64,000 nt of DNA from positions 416,001-480,000 of the forward strand of contig CAXXWC010000010.1 of assembly GCA_963668645.2 (NCBI GenBank). The letters run 5' to 3'. Each line of letters opens with the position of its first letter. The first letter of the stretch is position 1. The notes below the pieces were generated by a model. The model saw only the letters and a program-made list of their open reading frames with translations, searched no databases and was not told the origin of the DNA. Both the position numbers and the translations under genes were made by a program. This stretch comes from Desulfobacterales bacterium. Lineage in GTDB: Bacteria > Desulfobacterota > Desulfobacteria > Desulfobacterales > UBA2174. Positions 57,697 through 64,000 of this stretch are shown piece by piece.

Positions 57697-59275
57697 GTAA
57701 GCGTTCACGGGGTAAAGGAAACCGTGGTCTGAGCTATATCCAAGACAGATCGGGCTTGTCGTTGTTGAAGAACGATTCGATGCAGAGTTCCAGGGTCTGG
57801 AAGGTTGATTTCGCTTTTAACCGACAAGTTTCCTTCAGGGAGAGGATACGTTCTACCCAGCGATTTCCTTTTTCACTTTGGGTGCCGAGGCTGCGCTTTC
57901 GCCACAAAACCCCGAAGCGAAGCGCCCGTTCGGCCCGGTTGTTGGTCGGCTCCACGCCCTCGTGTTCGATGAAGAACCAAAGCGAGTCGATTTCGCGTAA
58001 AATCTGTCGAGCCAGCTGGCCAGCGTCGGATTTATCGGGCTCCCACAGAGACAGCGCGAACAACAGTTGTGCGTAATACTGCTGCCATTGTCGCGGCGGC
58101 GGTGGATCTTTGGCAAATTGAATCAACTGCCGAAGCAAGGATGCCATGATGTGCCCGAAGCGTCGTAGATCAGGTTTTTCCCTCTCGCACAAGGCATCGG
58201 CCTTGCGGATCAGATGGGCAAGACAAGTTTGGCGCCCATGAACCCAGTTTCGGTATAGGCCGTAGGAGTCGCTGACCAGAATTCCTCGCCAATCCTGGAT
58301 CAGCTGGTTGAAGGCATCCTTGGAACGGTGGGCATCGATACGATAGAAGGCCACCCGATCATTGACCATGGCCCACAGCCACTGAAGGCCGTTTTGGTTA
58401 AACCAGGACGTCTCGTCAATGTAATTGCACAGCGAACTGCGGGCCACGTCCCCGATGGCTTTATATGCCGGAGTAATGGCCTCCGAAGCCCGGTCGACGA
58501 TTTTCTGAATGGTGCCCGTGGCGATGGGCATACGCAGAACCGATTCGCATATATGCTTGACATCGTTTCGGCTCATCGCCTTGATGCCGCTCAACTCGGC
58601 GATCAACGCACTCAATCGCGGACCGTATCCATAGCGAACCGGCTCGGGCAGCACGGCCTTGACAGTTTTCCCACAGCTGGGACAGTCGCAGCGGTGAAGT
58701 ATAAAATGGCTGATCTCCATTTGGATTTCGGGCAGCTCGATATGCTGATGGGTATAAAACGGTTCCATCCGGCTTCCTCCGAAGTCGGTGTTGCCGCAAC
58801 GACAGCGTTCGGGCATCAACGCATGAGATTTATTTGGACTCAGCATTTGCTGCTTGTAGGCCTTATGGCCTTTCTGGCCGCCCTTGGGGCGACTTCCTTT
58901 TTTTCCATTCTTCCGGCCGGATCGGTCAAACGGGCTGTCGGATGACGGCGGCTTGCTGGAGTTTCGAGAATTTTCCCGGGTCTTCACCTCCAGCTTTTCG
59001 ATTCGCTTGCCGTAATCGTCAACTTGCTTCTGCAGATTATGCAAAGCCTGCTCGAGGTAAAGGATATAGTGCCGGACAGGTTCCGGCGTAAGATGCCATT
59101 CAAGGTCTGTGAAGGGTCTTTTCGTCTCCATGGAAAAGAGCCTATCACACTAGAAAACGAATGTCTAGATTTTTTTAACAATTTCAATACTTTATGTCAT
59201 AATGTATCTTTCTCTTGTGAATTCAGCACGTTAGACTTCGGAATTGTAACTCCGGGATACCCCGTGAACGCTTAC
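57697..59275 (-). mobile_element. IS66-family element, copy 2 (1579 bp)
   Basis: Same IRs as copy 1; 8-bp target duplication CCGTGCCG. Confidence 0.95.
57734..59131 (-). CDS. IS66 transposase
   Basis: 465 aa; differs from copy 1 at two visible residues (RKK/REK, QSA/QFA). Confidence 0.95.
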   Translation of the reverse strand: METKRPFTDLEWHLTPEPVRHYILYLEQALHNLQKQVDDYGKRIEKLEVKTRENSRNSSKPPSSDSPFDRSGRKNGKKGSRPKGGQKGHKAYKQQMLSPNKSHALMPERCRCGNTDFGGSRMEPFYTHQHIELPEIQMEISHFILHRCDCPSCGKTVKAVLPEPVRYGYGPRLSALIAELSGIKAMSRNDVKHICESVLRMPIATGTIQKIVDRASEAITPAYKAIGDVARSSLCNYIDETSWFNQNGLQWLWAMVNDRVAFYRIDAHRSKDAFNQLIQDWRGILVSDSYGLYRNWVHGRQTCLAHLIRKADALCEREKPDLRRFGHIMASLLRQLIQFAKDPPPPRQWQQYYAQLLFALSLWEPDKSDAGQLARQILREIDSLWFFIEHEGVEPTNNRAERALRFGVLWRKRSLGTQSEKGNRWVERILSLKETCRLKAKSTFQTLELCIESFFNNDKPDLSWI

Positions 59276-62055
59276 CCGTGCCGAAACGAAGAAGTTATAT
59301 CGCACCATCAGCACCGTTTTGGCAAAGGGGATAGAGCGGCTGATCCTCTGGGATGACCGTGTCGCCGTCAAACAGGCTCTGGATCGGGAACTATCGGCTC
59401 ACCAGCTCATTGAGTACGCCTTTATAATTCGCGATGAACAAGTTTACATGAGCACATTTACCGCAGCGACCCCGACCTGCCTTCTCCACTCCCCCACCAG
59501 GACCGACGGCTCTGCTTTCTTTCGGGAGTTTCAGGGCGTCGATGGCGCTGTTTATTATGATATATCCGCACCTGTAGGTGAAACCGGTGCCGTCCTTCGA
59601 ATAGGGATGAGACGCCGCGACATAGACAAGCAAATATTTCATTCTCTGGGCGCCATTTCCCTGGTCAGTCTTATCGTCCTCATGTTGGGAATCCTCTTTT
59701 CTTACCGGATCGCTTTTCACGCCACAAAAGAAATCAGGTTGCTTTCCGACTCAATCCGGTTTTACCTGGAACAAGGGGATGAAACACGTTTCAAAGATAT
59801 GGATCACATGTCAGATGTTACCCAATTGGTACAATCATTCGTCTCCCTTATATCAGAGCAAAAACGGATGGAGCAGGCACTGCTGGAAAGTGAAGATAAA
59901 TTCAAATATGTGTTCGAATCTGCAAATGTCGGCAAATCAATCACCGTCCCTTCAGGCAAGATATATATCAACAAGGCTTTTTCCGATCTATTGGGATACA
60001 GGCGGGAAGAGTTGATGGATAAAAGCTGGCAGGAGCTGACGCCGTCCGAGGACATTGAATCAACCCAGACCATACTCGACTCACTGATGAACGGCAAGAA
60101 CGATTCTACCCGATTCACCAAAAGATATATCCACAGAAACGGTTCTTTTATCTGGGCTGATGTCAGCATAACCGTACGCCGGGATGAAGGCGGCAAGGCC
60201 CTTCAATTCATCCTCACGATGGTCGACATCACCGAGCGCATACGTTATGAACAGCGTGTCGACCACTTGAATCGTGTCCTCCGGGCATTACGCGGCGTAA
60301 ACCAGCTGATCCTGCATGAGCGCGACCTCCAGACGCTGATCCGTGAAAGCTGTCGCTTGTTGGCGGAAAATCGCGGCTACTCCTCGGCCTTTATCGTGCT
60401 TACCGACGAAAACGGCAGATCCACTTCATGGGCCGGAGCGGGAATCGCAGGCGCATCTGACAGACTGGAAGCATTGCTAAGCCGCGGGGAGCGGCTCCCC
60501 TGCTTCCGCATCGTTCGGAATGCCGCCGATGTTGTCGCGATTGACGATCGCTCCGGCGTTTGCCGTGGCTGCCCCATATCCAGAGCCTTCGATCAGGCGA
60601 CCTCCTTATGCGCACGGCTAATCCATAAAAACGAAACCCTCGGCTATATTCTTACCGTTCTGGACCGCGACATCAATATAGACGATGAGGAGCTCGGCCT
60701 CTTTTCCGAAATGGCCGGTGATATCGCATACGCCATAAGTTTTATCCGGCTGGGAACCAATCTTAAGGCTTCTGAACAAAATCGCCAAAAACTGCAAGAC
60801 CAGCTGATCCAGGCCCAAAAAATGGAGTCTGTGGGAAGACTGGCCGGAGGTGTGGCCCATGATTTCAACAACATGCTCAGCGTTATTCTCGGCTATTCGG
60901 AGATCTTGTTGGAATCGCTGAAGCCGGACGACGCCACCTACCCGGCCGTGGTCGAGATCCAGGACGCGGCCCGGCGCTCGGCAGACATCACCCGCCAGCT
61001 GCTGGCCTTTGCCCGGCGCCAGGCCATCGCCCCCAGGGTCATCAACCTGAACGAAGCGGTCACGGGAATGATCAAAATGCTGCGGCGCTTGATCGGAGAG
61101 AACATCGATCTTGCCTGGCTGCCGGGAGCGTCGCTCTGGCCGGTGAAACTCGATCCTTCCCAGATCGACCAGATCCTGGCCAACCTGTGCGTCAACGCGC
61201 GGGACGCCATCGAGGCAGCCGGCCGGATAACCATCGAAACCGAAAACTTCAGCTTCGATGCGGCTGGCGGCACCGAATATCCGGGACTCGTGGATGGCGA
61301 TTACGTGCTTTTGGTTGTCAGCGACGACGGTTACGGCATGGACCGTACCACCCTGCAAACCATCTTCGAGCCTTTCTTCACCACCAAAAAGGAAGGCCGC
61401 GGCACGGGATTGGGCCTGTCTACCGTGTACGGCATCGTCAAGCAGAACAACGGCTTTATCAACGTTTACAGCGAGGCCGGCAAAGGGTCGACCTTCCGCA
61501 TTTATCTGCCGCGCTACACTGGGCAGATAGAGGTGGCAACACAGAGCGAAGCCGTCACCGAATCGCTTCACAGCTGTGGCGAGACGATCCTGCTCGTCGA
61601 GGACGAGGTGCCCATCCTAAAGCTGGAAAGGGAAATCCTCAAAAGCCTGGATTACGAGGTGCTGAGTTCGTCCAACCCGCAAAAAGCCTTGGATATGGCC
61701 TCCCGGCACGCAGGTAGGATCGATCTTTTGATCAGCGACGTGGTGATGCCGGAGATGAACGGCCCTGAATTGGCCGCTGAACTGGCCCGGCTTTACCCGG
61801 ATATCAAAACCCTGTACGTCTCGGGCTACACGGCCAACGTGATCGCCCAGCACGGCGTACTCGATAAGGACGTGCACTTCATTGCGAAACCGTTTTCCAA
61901 AAAAAGTCTGGCTCACAAGGTGCGGGAAGTTCTGGAAAGCGGCAAAAAGTCGGTGCGCGGCTGAGCCCATTTCCAAAACAGATCAATGTGGTTCGTATGG
62001 TGGAAAACGGCGGCCCGATCGGGCGAAAAAAGGCGGTCGGATCGAAATTGATCGT

Positions 62056-63135
62056 CTATGCAAATTTAAAAAGCAGGCTCTCGTCTTCGTCCTTATACTC
62101 TTCCATGATCCTCAGTATTTCAGCTTCGGTAGCAAAGAAGGCATCCACCACGTCCGGATTGAAATGGGTGCCTTTTCCATCCCTTATGATCGAGTAGGCT
62201 TTTTCCAGGCTGAAAGGTTCTTTATAAGGTCTTCGGGTCGTCAGGGCATCGAACACGTCTGCAATGGCGACGATCTGCCCGACCAGGGGAATCTGCTTAC
62301 CTTTGAGCCCGTTGGGATATCCGCTGCCGTCCCACTTTTCATGATGGGTCAGTGCAATCACCTCGCCCAGCCGGATATAACCCGCCTTGGAATTCGACAG
62401 GATTCTTCCCCCGATAGTGGTATGCTGTTTCATTATTTCCCACTCCTGGGCATCGAGCTTGCCGGGTTTCAACAGGATCCGATCCGGGATCCCGATCTTG
62501 CCGATATCATGCATGGGAGCCGCGTAGAGGATCCACCCGATAGTCTTCTCCTTAACGCCCAACTGCCGGGCCACGGCTGCCGAGTAGTTGCTCATCCTCA
62601 GGATGTGTGCCCCGGTGTCCTCGTCTCTGTATTCTGCCGCCTGGGTCAGGCGGTGTATGGTTTCAAGGGACCCCTGCTTGATGTTTTCCATGGCCTGCTC
62701 CAACATGGCGGTCTTCTCGGCGACCTTTTCCTCCAGATACTGCTTTTGGTTATAAAGAGTTAGATGTGTCCTTACCCTCGCGCTGACAATGGGCGGGCTT
62801 ACCGGTTTGGTGATAAAGTCGACTGCGCCCAGTTGAAACCCGAGTTTTTCATTTGCCACCTCATCCATCGCCGTAACGAAAATGACGGGTATCTGCTGGG
62901 TCTCGGCCCTTTCCTTTAAACGCCGGCATACTTCATAGCCGTCCATCCCCGGCATCATGATATCCAGCAGGATAAGGTCCGGCGGCGTCCTGCCGCCGGC
63001 AATCTCCAAGGCCTTTTCCCCACTCAGGGCAACCTTGATGTTATAATCGGCCATCAAAATTTTTCCCATGGCATCGATGTTTTCGGATACGTCGTCTACA
63101 ACGAGTACGGTCTGTCTGGTTTGCAGGGTCGCCAT
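62056..63135 (-). CDS. Response regulator with HD-GYP c-di-GMP phosphodiesterase domain (RpfG-like)
   Basis: VVDD, LLDIMMP, ITKP; TGAHILRM, MHDIGKIG, HHEKWDGSGYP, ADVFDAL. Confidence 0.93.
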   Translation of the reverse strand: MATLQTRQTVLVVDDVSENIDAMGKILMADYNIKVALSGEKALEIAGGRTPPDLILLDIMMPGMDGYEVCRRLKERAETQQIPVIFVTAMDEVANEKLGFQLGAVDFITKPVSPPIVSARVRTHLTLYNQKQYLEEKVAEKTAMLEQAMENIKQGSLETIHRLTQAAEYRDEDTGAHILRMSNYSAAVARQLGVKEKTIGWILYAAPMHDIGKIGIPDRILLKPGKLDAQEWEIMKQHTTIGGRILSNSKAGYIRLGEVIALTHHEKWDGSGYPNGLKGKQIPLVGQIVAIADVFDALTTRRPYKEPFSLEKAYSIIRDGKGTHFNPDVVDAFFATEAEILRIMEEYKDEDESLLFKFA

Positions 63136-63136
63136 A

Positions 63137-64000
63137 TCATTCTCCTTCCGCTTTAGAAGCCAGCTTTTTTCGAACCGCGGATAGCTGATCCAGGGCCGCC
63201 GGATAATCATAACCCTCAACAGCTTCTTTAAGTGGCTTTATATCTTCAGCCATTTGAACCGCACGGGATAGTCTGGCGATTTGTGAAATCATTGCATTGG
63301 CTTCAAAACTATCCTCTCTAAGCAGGGCCTCCAGCGCATCGAGCTTTGACAACAAAGAATGCATATCCGCGGGTTCCGAAGGCGGATCGTCCTTTTTGCC
63401 GGGTTGGCGCAACGCTTTGATCACGGTGCCAATCGCGTCGATCGTTTGATCCACCCGGCGCTGAACCCCCGCCAAGTCGTCTCGCGAAACACGCCCAGGT
63501 TCGGATGACAGGCGGGTTTCCAGATTCCTGGCCGCAACGGCCAACTCGCCCGCACCGATGGTTCCGGCAAGGCCTTTCAATGTATGTGCCGATCGAACAG
63601 CCGACTCCAGATCACCGTTTGCCGCGTCATCGGCTATCCTTTCGGCCACGTCACTATTTTCTTGGGCAAATCGCTGGAGTGCGCGGCAATACATTTCCCG
63701 ATCTCCCTGGAAACGTCCAAGGCCGTCGGCAACATCCAACCCCGGCACCGACTTGATCTGCGGATCGATCCCGACCTTGGCCGCACTCCGGAAAGCAGGC
63801 ACCTCGCGACCGGACAAGAACAGTGCCGGGGCGACCCATTTTGCCAGGGTCGCATACAGATCCGAAGGGGAAATAGGCTTGTCCACCTGGTCATTCATGC
63901 CTGCGGCCTTCGCCTTTTCCCGATCGTCTCTCAGGACGTTGGCCGTCATGGCGATTATGGGCAGTTTCCGACCCCCTGTTTCCCGGCTGCGGATGCAGCG
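63137..64000 (-). CDS. C-terminal REC+Hpt part of a hybrid histidine kinase; starts outside the window
   Basis: PIIAMTAN..AGMND..KP and AHTLKGLAGTIGA (Hpt). Confidence 0.88.
   Translation of the reverse strand, partial: RCIRSRETGGRKLPIIAMTANVLRDDREKAKAAGMNDQVDKPISPSDLYATLAKWVAPALFLSGREVPAFRSAAKVGIDPQIKSVPGLDVADGLGRFQGDREMYCRALQRFAQENSDVAERIADDAANGDLESAVRSAHTLKGLAGTIGAGELAVAARNLETRLSSEPGRVSRDDLAGVQRRVDQTIDAIGTVIKALRQPGKKDDPPSEPADMHSLLSKLDALEALLREDSFEANAMISQIARLSRAVQMAEDIKPLKEAVEGYDYPAALDQLSAVRKKLASKAEGE

Larger units (their letters stand above)
57591..61964 (+). pseudogene. Membrane hybrid sensor histidine kinase (PAS-GAF-HisKA-HATPase-REC) interrupted by IS66 after codon ~35
   Basis: MLKIKIFLR..YENRA | IS66 | ETKKLYRTISTVLAKGIE rejoins in frame with ORF 59319-61964; [40 protein letters not shown]. 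Confidence 0.88.

Noticed and set aside
47866..59275. Composite transposon that arrived as one unit
   Set aside because: Each IS66 has its own distinct 8-bp target duplication, showing independent insertions.
120..63894. Many long overlapping or antisense ORFs in the track (e.g. 120-1208, 8393-9982, 20263-21654, 61882-62763)
   Set aside because: They are shadow frames of well-supported genes in GC-rich DNA and have no motifs of their own.
1..64000. CRISPR arrays, tRNA/rRNA genes, integron or phage integrase, selenoprotein read-through
   Set aside because: No regularly spaced repeats, RNA-gene signatures, tyrosine/serine recombinase motifs or in-frame TGA at a catalytic position were seen by eye.

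Overview
64 kb accessory-rich window, probably from an anaerobic deltaproteobacterium (Desulfobacterota-like; inferred from gene content only). Left to right: (i) a TonB-dependent receptor and a family-5 ABC binding protein behind a long structured leader; (ii) a DisA/DAC-domain gene present as two near-identical full copies (3.4-4.8 kb and 30.2-31.6 kb) plus a decayed 3' fragment (42.0-42.2 kb), which together bracket two metabolic modules. Module 1 (4.9-29.6 kb) has a TetR-pseudoSDR fusion, IS debris, a xanthine-dehydrogenase-family Mo enzyme whose FAD subunit carries an inserted GltD-like domain, a CoA transferase, truncated larB/larC, 3-hydroxyacyl-CoA dehydrogenase, a 4-hydroxybutyryl-CoA dehydratase-like gene, thiolase, DUF362 and its own Moco/sulfur maturation set (MocA, MoeA-like, XdhC, SufS, SufU). 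Module 2 (32.5-41.1 kb) has a divergent IslA/HpsG-like glycyl radical enzyme, TRAP transporter, SDR, activase and LysR. (iii) higBA, then a co-oriented, mostly AT-rich run of small genes separated by intact and decayed attC-like sites (no integrase in the window); the run includes PD-(D/E)XK and two Rx4H (HEPN-like) proteins and is hit by IS3 and IS66, followed by a FosX-family fragment and a 1048-aa SF1 helicase-PLD-zinc ribbon protein. (iv) AlkD-like, Fe-S and GNAT genes, a PhnD-like binding protein coupled to an IS66-disrupted hybrid kinase, and an HD-GYP response regulator. All calls come from motif recognition by eye; no searches were run.
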